From positions 1 to 34,133 of the forward strand of contig JZWU02000014.1 of NCBI GenBank assembly GCA_000960865.2: a stretch of DNA of 34,133 nt, written 5' to 3'. Position numbers and translations under genes: made by a program. Within the stretch, counting starts at the first letter, position 1. Every line of letters begins with the position of its first letter. Positions 8,699-17,840 of this stretch are shown one piece after another. The stretch is from Vulcanisaeta sp. AZ3. Lineage in GTDB: Archaea; Thermoproteota; Thermoprotei; Thermoproteales; Thermocladiaceae. Below the pieces are notes generated by a model. That model made no database searches. It was given only the letters and a program-made list of their open reading frames with translations, and was not told the DNA's origin.

Positions 8699-9765
8699 TC
8701 ACCCACCACTAAGCGTTAAGTTTAGGTTAGGTCTCACATACTGCACAACCCACTGATCACTTACGTAATGCGGAACCTCAGTGGAATTAAGCCCAAATGC
8801 ACTCGGGTGTAGTATCATTGCCAGCATTAGGGCGCCATAAACTGAGAGTGGGCCGGGTTCCTGAACGAGGTCTTGGGCTAGGTTGCCAAGTATGTATATG
8901 TGGTTCTCCTTAACGGCGTAGGTATTATTTATGCCAGGTATTGAGAGTATTGCTTGTAGTGTTGCGTTGTAATTACCCATGAAGTCACTAGCTATTATAT
9001 AGTCTGGGTTTGCAGTGATTAATTGACTCGGCGTTACGGTTGGATACATACCGCTAAATGGATCGTAACCACCCACGAGGGTTATGTAATAACCAATGAA
9101 AGAGGAATTCCCAGCAACATATATTGGATTAACCCAAGCAATATATATAACACTAACTGGTTGCGCGTTAGCAGCTCTATTCCTTACGTAATTAAGGATA
9201 TGATTCATCTTATTTATGACCTCCTGCCCCTACTCGTAATGCCGAGGGCCTTTGCCATAAGCATTACGTCATTCTCAATACCCGTCACATTCGTGTTCGC
9301 CGTACCACCTATAAAAATGACTATCACACCAGCCTTACTAAGCGTATTTACATCATTTGCGAAATTCGGTTGAAATCCTGCATCTGCACATAGGATTGAT
9401 GGGTGAGCCTCGATTATTGGTTCTAGGGGTGGTGTGGGATATATTGATTTTAGTATTGTAACATTGCTCGGCACCTTAATGCCTAGGTAGTTCAATAATT
9501 GTCCTGAGTATATATCCATAAGCGTAACCCTATTACCAAAGCCTAGGACGTATATTATTTGGGCACAGTCAGGACTCACAATACCTATTGTGCTTGGTTG
9601 TGATGGTATTGTTACATTGCGGCCTAAGTAATCAACAACAGAGATTGGGTAATGATTTACGTAAGATGGCTTACCAATCTGTACCACGTAGTAGGCAACG
9701 GCTATAGCGACGACTATGGCTAGAACCACGCCTATCACTAAAGCTTTCGAAATGCCGCTTGGCAT
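8699..9765 (-). pseudogene. ABC substrate-binding protein (BtuF/FhuD class III), split by a single-base frameshift (pseudogene or sequencing error)
   Basis: ORFs 9214-9765 (N-terminal TM anchor, VVDYLGRNVTIP) and 8699-9208 (NPDYII, QEPGP) join if one C is added to the C4 run at 9227-9230, giving ...ITSRGQEVINKMNHIL... Confidence 0.85.
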
Positions 9766-9771
9766 ACGAAG

Positions 9772-9789
9772 ATAGGATTCTCATCCTAT
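9772..9789. promoter_or_regulatory. Palindromic operator-like site ATAGGAT-N4-ATCCTAT in the ABC operon promoter
   Basis: Perfect 7-bp arms between the minus-strand BRE/TATA (AAAAAGCTTATAAA, about 9789-9802) and the ATG at 9765. Confidence 0.5.
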
Positions 9790-9849
9790 TTATAAGCTTT
9801 TTCCACTCCAATAAACGCCTCATCCTTACATGGTCGTGAATGTATGTTT

Positions 9850-11382
9850 TTATTGACCTAGGGCTATTCCATCGCCTCTAATATCGGCATGTAATAACCT
9901 CTTTCTATCGTTCAGGAAGGCGAGTATGCTTGCCACGCCAGTCCTACCTGGGTATCTAATGATCTGGTGAGGTTCAGCTAGGCCCTCAATATCAAAGCCC
10001 TCCTCAATAATTAATGATTTCCTATCCCATAGGAATCTAGGTGCGTCTATGGCATCCACGGGGCTCATTCCGTAATTAACCATGTTGGTTATGAATAATG
10101 TATGTTGTTGTGGCCTGAAGTGGGCTCCTGATGTGCCTAGTGCATAACTTGGTTCTCCGTCCTTCATTATTATTACAGCGCTTAATGTATGTAATGGCCT
10201 TTTTCTCGGCATTAATGCATTTGGCCCGTTCATGGAGAAGTCTGAGGCCCTATTATTTAGGGTGATTCCATACCTTGGTTCGGTGATTAACGAGCCGAAG
10301 TGGTGGTAGAGGCTTTGTATTGCACTTACCACATTACCGTCTCTATCAACAATTACGAAGTACGTAGTATCCCCAGACCCACGTAACTCGGCTCTATCGC
10401 TAACTCCCGTTTTATACTTGGATAGTAGGAAGTTTGGGTCGAGTAGCTTATTTATTGGTATATCGATAAAGTTTGGGTCACCGATATACTCATCTCTCAA
10501 CTCATAGGCAACCTTGTAAATGCCTAGGTACGTCTCTATTCTTCTACGTGAGAATGCTCCGCCGGCATCCTCAATGTTTTCGAGTAATTTTAATATCATT
10601 AGTGTTGTTATTCCCTGAGTGTTGGGTGGTGATTCATACACTGTTAACCCCCTAAACTCAGCACTTATAGGATCACGCCACTCTGGCTTATACTCCCTGA
10701 GATCATCCATACTCATTACACCACCTAATGATTGAACATAACTAACCAATGCCTCGCCAATCTCCCCATTATAGAATGCATCAGAGCCATGCTCCATAAT
10801 TAACTCAAAAGTTCTCACTAATGCTTCAATCCTTATTAAGTCCCAGGGCCTCGCATCCATTGGATATGTTCTCCTAAAGTCATCAGTTACATCATTCCTC
10901 ACAGCCTCAATAGCCCTGATAAGACTAGGACTTGCTGGGAACCCCTTTTCAGCGACCTCAACGACAGGCTTAACCAAGGCTCCCCACTCTGTAGTTCCAA
11001 ACCTTCTCCATAACTCATGTAGACCAGCCAATAGTCCAGGCACCACAGGCGATAAAGGCCCCCTCACAGGTATGGAACCAAATCCCCTATCCATGAGTAA
11101 TTCCTTACTTAACCCCTTAGGTGACCAACCACCTGCGTTGAGAAAGTATACCTTACCTTCTCTGGCTATGTAAACCATGGCAAAGAAGTCACCACCTAAA
11201 CCACCCAGGTGAGGTTGAGTTAAGGCTAGGGTCAGTGATGTTGTGATTGCAGCATCGATTGCATTACCACCTAGATTAAGTATGTCAACACCTAACTTAC
11301 TCGCCGTTGGGTGTTCTGAGGCTATGCCACCCAATTCCGTGATGTACGGTGGTTTAATACCTGCCATTATTGGTAGGGGCAT
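9850..11382 (-). CDS. ggt: Gamma-glutamyltransferase family protein
   Basis: GGNAIDAA, GLGGDFF, VPG, FYNGEIG, PPNTQG, GDTTYF (N-terminal nucleophile Thr), LNNR, KRPLHTL, DAPRF, DIRGDG. Confidence 0.93.
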   Translation of the reverse strand: MPLPIMAGIKPPYITELGGIASEHPTASKLGVDILNLGGNAIDAAITTSLTLALTQPHLGGLGGDFFAMVYIAREGKVYFLNAGGWSPKGLSKELLMDRGFGSIPVRGPLSPVVPGLLAGLHELWRRFGTTEWGALVKPVVEVAEKGFPASPSLIRAIEAVRNDVTDDFRRTYPMDARPWDLIRIEALVRTFELIMEHGSDAFYNGEIGEALVSYVQSLGGVMSMDDLREYKPEWRDPISAEFRGLTVYESPPNTQGITTLMILKLLENIEDAGGAFSRRRIETYLGIYKVAYELRDEYIGDPNFIDIPINKLLDPNFLLSKYKTGVSDRAELRGSGDTTYFVIVDRDGNVVSAIQSLYHHFGSLITEPRYGITLNNRASDFSMNGPNALMPRKRPLHTLSAVIIMKDGEPSYALGTSGAHFRPQQHTLFITNMVNYGMSPVDAIDAPRFLWDRKSLIIEEGFDIEGLAEPHQIIRYPGRTGVASILAFLNDRKRLLHADIRGDGIALGQ

Positions 11383-11490
11383 TGTGTAGCATTTTGTTCC
11401 TGAGTTTATGAATATTGCGTAGGATTAACATTAGTTTTCTCTAAACTCTTTTATAATTCTCTCATTAATTATTATGAGTAATTAGGTACC

Positions 11491-12408
11491 ATGTTGTCTA
11501 GAGATGCGTTGGTTCGTGTGGGTAGATTGCCCAGGGAATTTAGGTTGGATTTTCATCCTTTTAGCCTATTATTTAGTAGGCGTGCTAGGCTTAGGGTTGT
11601 ATTGGCAGTCCTAGAGCTAGCTCTTAACTTGATAGGTTCTGGTGTTCCCAATATGATGCCGAGTAGTGTTGAGAGGGGTGTTATCATTAGCGACACTGAG
11701 TGGTCGTTGGTTAATGAGTTTAAGCTTAATAGTTACGTTACTATTAAGAGGGTTGGTCGTGATTATTTTGTTACCGTGAGAGCAAGTCCCTCGTTGGCCA
11801 TAAACTCATTGATTCATTGCAATGGGGATTGTGAATATTACTTCGATAAGAGGGTTATGCTTGCTAGGAATTGTGTTGGTGCCTATGGTAATTTAATCCT
11901 TGATTCCTTATCCATACTTAGTAAATTGTTCTCCGCGGAGACGCCTAGGGTTGTTTTAACACATAACCCCGTGGTTTATGGTAAAGTGATTCAGATCGAT
12001 AATGATGAGGTGATTGCCTTGTCTATATGGGATGTGCTTAGGGTTGTTGATACTCTTGCGGTTAGTGATTATACGGTTGATAATATTATGTGTATTATTG
12101 ATACTTTAGTTCATGAGTTCCTGCATTACCTACTTGATAAACGTTACCTTGTTCACTCAATCTTCCTCGAGATGACTAAGAGGAATCCGAGTGCTCTTGA
12201 TGTTGGGATTATTCATGAGTTAATTGCGCAGGCCTTGACACCGATTATTAGTAGGTATGTTTCGCAGTGCGTCAAGAATGGTGTTGCTGATGAGGTCAAT
12301 AATTATGACGTACCCTTAATTGGTTATCCGGTTAAGAGAAGGTATGTGATTGTTGCGAGTAAGGTAATTAATGAGTTATTGAGCGCATTAAATGGAGGTT
12401 GCAGATAA
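11491..12408 (+). CDS. Hypothetical protein with zincin-like HExxH motif
   Basis: 305 aa ORF with host-like codon use; TLVHEFLHYLL followed about 29 aa later by IIHELIAQ; TTTTATAA at about 11449-11456. Confidence 0.7.
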   Translation: MLSRDALVRVGRLPREFRLDFHPFSLLFSRRARLRVVLAVLELALNLIGSGVPNMMPSSVERGVIISDTEWSLVNEFKLNSYVTIKRVGRDYFVTVRASPSLAINSLIHCNGDCEYYFDKRVMLARNCVGAYGNLILDSLSILSKLFSAETPRVVLTHNPVVYGKVIQIDNDEVIALSIWDVLRVVDTLAVSDYTVDNIMCIIDTLVHEFLHYLLDKRYLVHSIFLEMTKRNPSALDVGIIHELIAQALTPIISRYVSQCVKNGVADEVNNYDVPLIGYPVKRRYVIVASKVINELLSALNGGCR

Positions 12409-12440
12409 AGTTAATTAATGGGTATATGCTTAGGCCTAAG

Positions 12441-13793
12441 ATGGGTAGGAGGATCGTAATTATTGGTGGTGGCGCAGCTGGCGCCTCGGCCGCGGCTAGG
12501 GCTAGGAGGCTTGATCCGGAGGCTGAGATTGTAATGATTGATAAGGGTTTGTTCATAAGTCATGCACCCTGTGGAATACCGTACTATGTCGGTGGTGTTG
12601 TTAAGGATGCTAATGAGCTTGCCATATACACGCCGGAGGAGTTTGCCAAGGAGAGGAGGATTGTGGTTAAGATTAATGCGGAGGTTTTCGATGTTGATGT
12701 AAAGAATAGGGTTGTCCTTGCTAGGGAGGGAAATGATGTGGTTAAGTATCCATGGGATATCCTAATAATTACCACTGGTGCCAAGCCTATTGTGCCTAAG
12801 GTTGATGGCGCTGACTTAAATGGCATATTAACGCTTAGGTTGCCTCATGAGGCTCCTAAGCTTAAGAATGAGGTTGAGGGGGCTAGTACGGTGGCTGTGG
12901 TTGGTGGTGGTTATATAGGTCTTGAGATGGCTGAGGCCCTTAGGAATCTAGGTAAGAGAGTTATTCTCTTTGAGATGATGTCTCATGTACTGCCAACCAC
13001 TTTTGACGAGGACATGGCGAAAATTATACACGAGGAACTTACGAAGAATGGTGTAGAATTACACTTGAGTGAGAAGGTGGTTAGTTTTAGTGGTATTAAT
13101 GGGCATGTTAATAAGGTCATTACTGAGAGAGGAGAGTACCCTGTTGATAAGGTTGTGTTGGGTGTTGGTGTTAGACCCGATGTTGATTTAGCGGTTAAGG
13201 CTGGGGTTAGGCTTGGGGAGACTGGGGCTGTTTGGGTTAATGAGTACATGGAGACCTCAGAACCAAATATCTATGCTGCAGGTGATGTTGCTGAGACCTG
13301 GAACATAATAACGGGTAAGAGGACATACATAGCCCTAGCACCACCAGCCAATAAGATGGGGCAGGTTGCCGGGGCCAATGCTGTTAAAGGTAGATTCCTG
13401 AAGTTCCCTGGTGTTGTTGGTACTGCGGTGACCAAGGTCTTTAATCTATACGTGGCCAGGACAGGGCTAACTGAGGTGCAGGCTAGGGATGAGGGATTTA
13501 GCCCCATAACTGCCATGATTAAGACTAGAACTACGGCACATTACTATCCTGGCGGCGCTCAGGTATTCATTAAAATGATTGCTGATGAGTCGAGCGGTAG
13601 AGTTTTAGGTGTTCAGATTGTTGGTTATGATAAGGCCGTGGCTGGTTATATAGATACTGCGGCTGCCTTGATTGGTAAGGGTGCTACAATTGATGATTTC
13701 TTCTTCTCTGACCTATCATACTCACCGCCAGCGTCACCCGTGTGGCATCCATTAATAACTGCGGCTAGGGTGTTGTCTAAGGGTAAGTATTGA
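12441..13793 (+). CDS. cdr: CoA-disulfide reductase / NAD(P)H:sulfur oxidoreductase-like flavoprotein
   Basis: GGGAAG, SHAPCGIPY single-Cys motif, GGGYIGLE, IYAAGD, C-terminal YSPPASPVWHPL. ATG 12441 preferred over 12399. Confidence 0.88.
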   Translation: MGRRIVIIGGGAAGASAAARARRLDPEAEIVMIDKGLFISHAPCGIPYYVGGVVKDANELAIYTPEEFAKERRIVVKINAEVFDVDVKNRVVLAREGNDVVKYPWDILIITTGAKPIVPKVDGADLNGILTLRLPHEAPKLKNEVEGASTVAVVGGGYIGLEMAEALRNLGKRVILFEMMSHVLPTTFDEDMAKIIHEELTKNGVELHLSEKVVSFSGINGHVNKVITERGEYPVDKVVLGVGVRPDVDLAVKAGVRLGETGAVWVNEYMETSEPNIYAAGDVAETWNIITGKRTYIALAPPANKMGQVAGANAVKGRFLKFPGVVGTAVTKVFNLYVARTGLTEVQARDEGFSPITAMIKTRTTAHYYPGGAQVFIKMIADESSGRVLGVQIVGYDKAVAGYIDTAAALIGKGATIDDFFFSDLSYSPPASPVWHPLITAARVLSKGKY

Positions 13794-13814
13794 TTTACTT
13801 AATAATTTCATAAA

Positions 13815-14354
13815 TTACTTCGTTTTTTCTATTTGTAGGTTTTTAATTACGTTAGTTAGTAAGGTTATCTCTGAGGGTGTATTGACTTGTACTAATTCTG
13901 TATCATCCCTTGGGCATTTAAAGTCATACTCATAAGTCTCATCTAGAGTGTAACTTCTGAAGCATGTTGGGCATAGATATAAAGTTGTGGAGCCCAACGT
14001 TTTTAACCTAAGCATTAACTTTGAGGCTACGTTATTTATGTGCTGTACAAGGAACTTCCTAATGAAGTCCTTAGTAAGCACCCACTTATACTCATAGTGA
14101 TACTGATCCACCGACTCCCTAACAAGACTAACAAGCCCAATCCTACGCATTTGATGCAATACCCTCCTTATTTCCGTGGCACTCACACCTAGGATTAAGG
14201 CCAGCGTCTCGTCAGGCATTGTCTCACCCTTCTCGAGAAGCGTCCTTAGTATTCTAACAGCCAATTCACCAGCTTCCTCATTATCATACTCAAAGGAAAT
14301 TCTCCTACGTGCGTACTCGAGGAATAGGGATTCCTCAACATCCTCAATGCTCAT
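13815..14354 (-). CDS. tfe: Transcription factor E (TFE alpha)
   Basis: wHTH (PDETLALILGVSATEIRRVL...YKW) plus Zn ribbon CPTC...FKCPRD; hflX-mbf1 neighbourhood. Confidence 0.88.
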   Translation of the reverse strand: MSIEDVEESLFLEYARRRISFEYDNEEAGELAVRILRTLLEKGETMPDETLALILGVSATEIRRVLHQMRRIGLVSLVRESVDQYHYEYKWVLTKDFIRKFLVQHINNVASKLMLRLKTLGSTTLYLCPTCFRSYTLDETYEYDFKCPRDDTELVQVNTPSEITLLTNVIKNLQIEKTK

Positions 14355-14390
14355 TGACTAGCATAGGTGTTTCATGCCATTTATACCTTA

Positions 14391-15506
14391 CTATTTATTC
14401 TTACCATTAACCATCAATAACTCCAACCTATTCTTAACCATATTCCTCATCTCATCAATACCTATACCGAGTTTTGCGGATATTATGGCATAATCATTGA
14501 ATTCTTGTTTAACTAGGGCCAGTTTATCACTTAGGTCTTGACCATCAGTGAGGTCTACTTTATTAAGCACAGGAATTATCCTATCTCTCTGCACCCCAAG
14601 ATCCATGAATATGTGCAAGGAACTCAAGAACTTCCTACGGAATTCCTCATAATCATCACTAAGATCTGCTAGGAAGAGTATTAAATCTGCATTTAGGACC
14701 TCAGCAATTGTTGCATAGAAGGACTCAATTAATAATGGTGGTAAGTCATCAATGAAGCCAATCGTGTCCGTCAGTATCGCATTAATTCCGTTGAAGTACG
14801 CAAGCCGTGAGTAAGTGTCTAGAGTGGCGAAGGGTTTACCATCGACATACTTATTCTCCTTAATAAGCCTATTGAAGAGTGTAGTCTTCCCAGCCGATGT
14901 ATAGCCTGTAAGGGCAACTTGAGGCAACCCATAACTCCTCCTCCTAAGAACTAATTCTCTTCTCCTCTCCCTAATCCTCTCAAGTTCTCTCCTAATGTGC
15001 GAGGCTCTCCTAATCATATGCCTATAATAAGCCTCAATGGCATACTCACCACCACCATAGAACCCTATCTGCTCACCCATCTTTACGAACCTAATGAATT
15101 CCCTAACCCTCGGTATCTCAAGCCTAAGCCTAGTAAGCTCAATCTGCAACTTAGCCTCCTTAGAACCAGCTCTCTTCTCAAATATCTCCAGAATAAGCAA
15201 AACCCTATCCATAACCCTAACCCTGAGCTTACGTTCAAGATTAACGTACTGAATAGGATTTAATTGGTGATAAGTTATGATAATAGTAGGTCCATACTTC
15301 TCAACAAGGCCCTCTACCTCGCTTAATTTACCTAGACCTAGGTAATAACGTGAGTCAGGTCTCCTCCTTTGGACCACGGTGCCAACTACTTCGTAACCCC
15401 CAACCTCGGCCAATGCCGTGAACTCCCTTATCTTACCATCATCCACTTTATCAGCAATAAGCAGTAATGCCTTACCACCCACTAAGCTAAATCTTCCACA
15501 ACTCAT
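14391..15506 (-). CDS. hflX: GTPase HflX
   Basis: LGLGKL, DRVLLILEIF, EAKLQIEL, GYTSAGKTT, FATLD, DTIGFI, NKVD. Confidence 0.95.
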   Translation of the reverse strand: MSCGRFSLVGGKALLLIADKVDDGKIREFTALAEVGGYEVVGTVVQRRRPDSRYYLGLGKLSEVEGLVEKYGPTIIITYHQLNPIQYVNLERKLRVRVMDRVLLILEIFEKRAGSKEAKLQIELTRLRLEIPRVREFIRFVKMGEQIGFYGGGEYAIEAYYRHMIRRASHIRRELERIRERRRELVLRRRSYGLPQVALTGYTSAGKTTLFNRLIKENKYVDGKPFATLDTYSRLAYFNGINAILTDTIGFIDDLPPLLIESFYATIAEVLNADLILFLADLSDDYEEFRRKFLSSLHIFMDLGVQRDRIIPVLNKVDLTDGQDLSDKLALVKQEFNDYAIISAKLGIGIDEMRNMVKNRLELLMVNGKNK

Positions 15507-15521
15507 TTATTTAAAGTTGAT

Positions 15522-16070
15522 TTATTGACCGCTGCCCTTCTCCTTATTTCTTTCCCTAATTGTTACAATATCACCTAACGTTAAACTCTTATTTACTGGC
15601 CTACTTACATCTACGCTAGCCTCCTCAGACTCCCTCAGAAGACTTACCCCAAGGACTTTCTCAAGCTTTCTTGCCAACTCAACGTCTGGTATTAACTGTC
15701 CCTCCTCAATCCTCTTTAACACACTCTCCTTAACACCAATTACCTTAGCCAACACATCCCTACCCATACCAAGACCCTCCCTAGCCTCCCTAATGAGCTC
15801 GGCATAATTCTCAACAACCTCGTACCTATCAACATTAATTCTAGGCTTGTTAACCCTATACGTAGTCCCCCTCCTGGATTCATACTTAACAGTGGAAATA
15901 CTCTGAGTATTGTTTTGGATCTGTGTTGGTCCTTTAATCACCTTAACTCCCTTGGTACCGATGTATTTACGGGCACACCTCTGGCATAGGGTGAGTACGG
16001 CACCGTCAATCTCAATAATGGTAGGCTCACCCTCTATTGGTGAGCCACATATGTCGCATGTGAGAACCAT
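15522..16070 (-). CDS. mbf1: Archaeal multiprotein bridging factor aMBF1
   Basis: Start re-called at ATG 16070; Zn ribbon CDICG...CQRC, HTH (IREARE...IEEG), TLGD motif. Confidence 0.92.
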   Translation of the reverse strand: MVLTCDICGSPIEGEPTIIEIDGAVLTLCQRCARKYIGTKGVKVIKGPTQIQNNTQSISTVKYESRRGTTYRVNKPRINVDRYEVVENYAELIREAREGLGMGRDVLAKVIGVKESVLKRIEEGQLIPDVELARKLEKVLGVSLLRESEEASVDVSRPVNKSLTLGDIVTIRERNKEKGSGQ

Positions 16071-16155
16071 GGGTAAATCACCATCAATTAATGAGTACTG
16101 CTCCTTTAAAAATGTTTGGAAAAAGATTAAAATTAGCATTCGCATCAAGGTATTC

Positions 16156-16404
16156 GTGTCGGTTAGGATTTACAGAGTTGTTGGGCAGATGAGGATTGGT
16201 ACTCAATGGCAGAGGTTTTCACTAGAGGTGCCTGCTGTGAAGCCTAGAGAGGCTATTGAGGCAGCCTATGCTAACCTAGGTAGTAGGCATGGGTTGAAGA
16301 GGAGTATGATAATTATTGAGAATGTTAAGGAGATTAGTAAGGATGAGGTTAAGCGCAATGAGGTACTACAATTAACTTCTCTTGAATATCTCGTTAAGTG
16401 GTGA
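16156..16404 (+). CDS. rplX: 50S ribosomal protein eL20 (LX/L18Ae)
   Basis: GTG start at 16156; IYRVVG, EAIEAAYANLGSRHGLKRSMIII; followed by pfdA-ftsY as in the conserved archaeal cluster. Confidence 0.9.
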   Translation: MSVRIYRVVGQMRIGTQWQRFSLEVPAVKPREAIEAAYANLGSRHGLKRSMIIIENVKEISKDEVKRNEVLQLTSLEYLVKW

Positions 16405-16412
16405 GGCGGACG

Positions 16413-16871
16413 ATGGCGCAGCAACCTCAGAGAATGGTCATTACGAGGGAGGATATTGAAAGGCTCATTGAGGAGAGAAACTCATTAACCGCGCTTCTAG
16501 ATGCACTTAGGCAAAACTTAGCCTTGGTTACACAATCATTGAGTGAGTTGAGTGGTGCGAAGGATATGTTAACAATACTTAACAAGGGTGAGGTTCAAGA
16601 CACGTATGCCAATATTGGTGGTGGGGTCTTCATAAAGGCTTTACCTGCACAGGGTGAGAAGGTTCTTGTTGGTGTTGGTGCTAATTATGTGATTGAGATG
16701 GATATTAATTACGCAATTAACTACATAGGGGATAGGATAAAGGAAATCGAAGACTTGAAGTCAAAGTTGGAGTCGCAATCTGCAGAGATAGCGAAGAGGG
16801 TAACTGATATAGATAACTTCTTACTCTACATAAGTCAAGCCGTGAGGCAACAGCAACAATCGCAGGGATAA
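16413..16871 (+). CDS. pfdA: Prefoldin subunit alpha
   Basis: Coiled coils flanking IGGGVFIKA...KVLVGVGANYVIE beta hairpins. Confidence 0.92.
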   Translation: MAQQPQRMVITREDIERLIEERNSLTALLDALRQNLALVTQSLSELSGAKDMLTILNKGEVQDTYANIGGGVFIKALPAQGEKVLVGVGANYVIEMDINYAINYIGDRIKEIEDLKSKLESQSAEIAKRVTDIDNFLLYISQAVRQQQQSQG

Positions 16872-16882
16872 AGGGGTTTTGT

Positions 16883-17800
16883 ATGTTTGATAAGTTAAGG
16901 AATGTCTTTAAATCATTCACGAACACAATAGTAAATACAATAACCACAACGGAGTTAAGTGAGGATAAGCTTAATGAAATTCATGAAGACTTATTCATGC
17001 AGTTGGTCGAGGCTGATGTGGCTGTCGATGTAGCCGACGCCATATGTAATGCCATAATTAATTACTTACGTGGACTTAAAATACCAAGGTTTGGTGATAA
17101 GGAGTCCATAATTAAGGACGGCGTACTAAATGCACTAATGAATTTATTCAATGATGTGCCTGATGTCGACTTCATGAACGAGATAATGAAGATGAAGCAA
17201 GCAAAGAGCCCAGTAGTCCTCTTATTCCTCGGCCCAAACGGTTATGGAAAAACCACAACAATAGCCAAGATTACTCATCAACTAATGAAAAAAGGTTATA
17301 CGGCCGTGTGGGCAGCCGCCGATACATACAGGGCGGGGGCAATTGAGCAGTTGGAGGGACATGCAAGTAAGCTTAGTGTTAGGGTTATTAAGCATGATTA
17401 TGGTTCTGACCCAGCTGCCGTGGCTTACGACGCCATAAGCCACGCTAGAGTCAAGGGTATTGATTACGTCATGATAGACACCGCGGGTAGGATGCATACA
17501 GATGTTAATTTAATGAATGAGTTGAGTAAGGTTCAGAGGGTTAGTAAGCCTGACCTATCCATATTCATTGCTGATGCTATGCTTGGCAATGAGGCTTTAG
17601 AAATAGCGAGGCATTATAGTAAGTATGTCAAGATTGATGGTTTAATAATTACTAAGGTTGATGCATATCCAAAGGGTGGCGCGATACTCACCTTCCTCTA
17701 TGAGCTTAAGAAGCCAATTTACCTCCTGGGTGTTGGGCAGAACTACGATGATATAAGGCCCTTCAATAAGAGGGAATTCTTTGACCAACTGCTTCAGTGA
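16883..17800 (+). CDS. ftsY: Signal recognition particle receptor FtsY
   Basis: GPNGYGKTTT, DTYRAGAIEQL, DPAAVAYDA, DTAGR, TKVD..KGG, GVGQ. Confidence 0.96.
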   Translation: MFDKLRNVFKSFTNTIVNTITTTELSEDKLNEIHEDLFMQLVEADVAVDVADAICNAIINYLRGLKIPRFGDKESIIKDGVLNALMNLFNDVPDVDFMNEIMKMKQAKSPVVLLFLGPNGYGKTTTIAKITHQLMKKGYTAVWAAADTYRAGAIEQLEGHASKLSVRVIKHDYGSDPAAVAYDAISHARVKGIDYVMIDTAGRMHTDVNLMNELSKVQRVSKPDLSIFIADAMLGNEALEIARHYSKYVKIDGLIITKVDAYPKGGAILTFLYELKKPIYLLGVGQNYDDIRPFNKREFFDQLLQ

Positions 17801-17840
17801 AGGGAAGGCTTTATAATTCTGGTACTGATTTTGAACGGCA

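Noticed and set aside
8196-8756. 186-aa plus-strand ORF and similar short antisense ORFs (e.g. 4592-4918, 9023-9373, 20684-20998, 21005-21478)
   Set aside because: Lie opposite well-supported genes, with no motifs and a composition typical of reverse-frame shadows.
15910-16155. Long N-terminal extensions of eL20 and aMBF1 that would overlap head-to-head
   Set aside because: Homology starts at 16156 (+) and 16070 (-); the gap holds AT-rich divergent promoter boxes.
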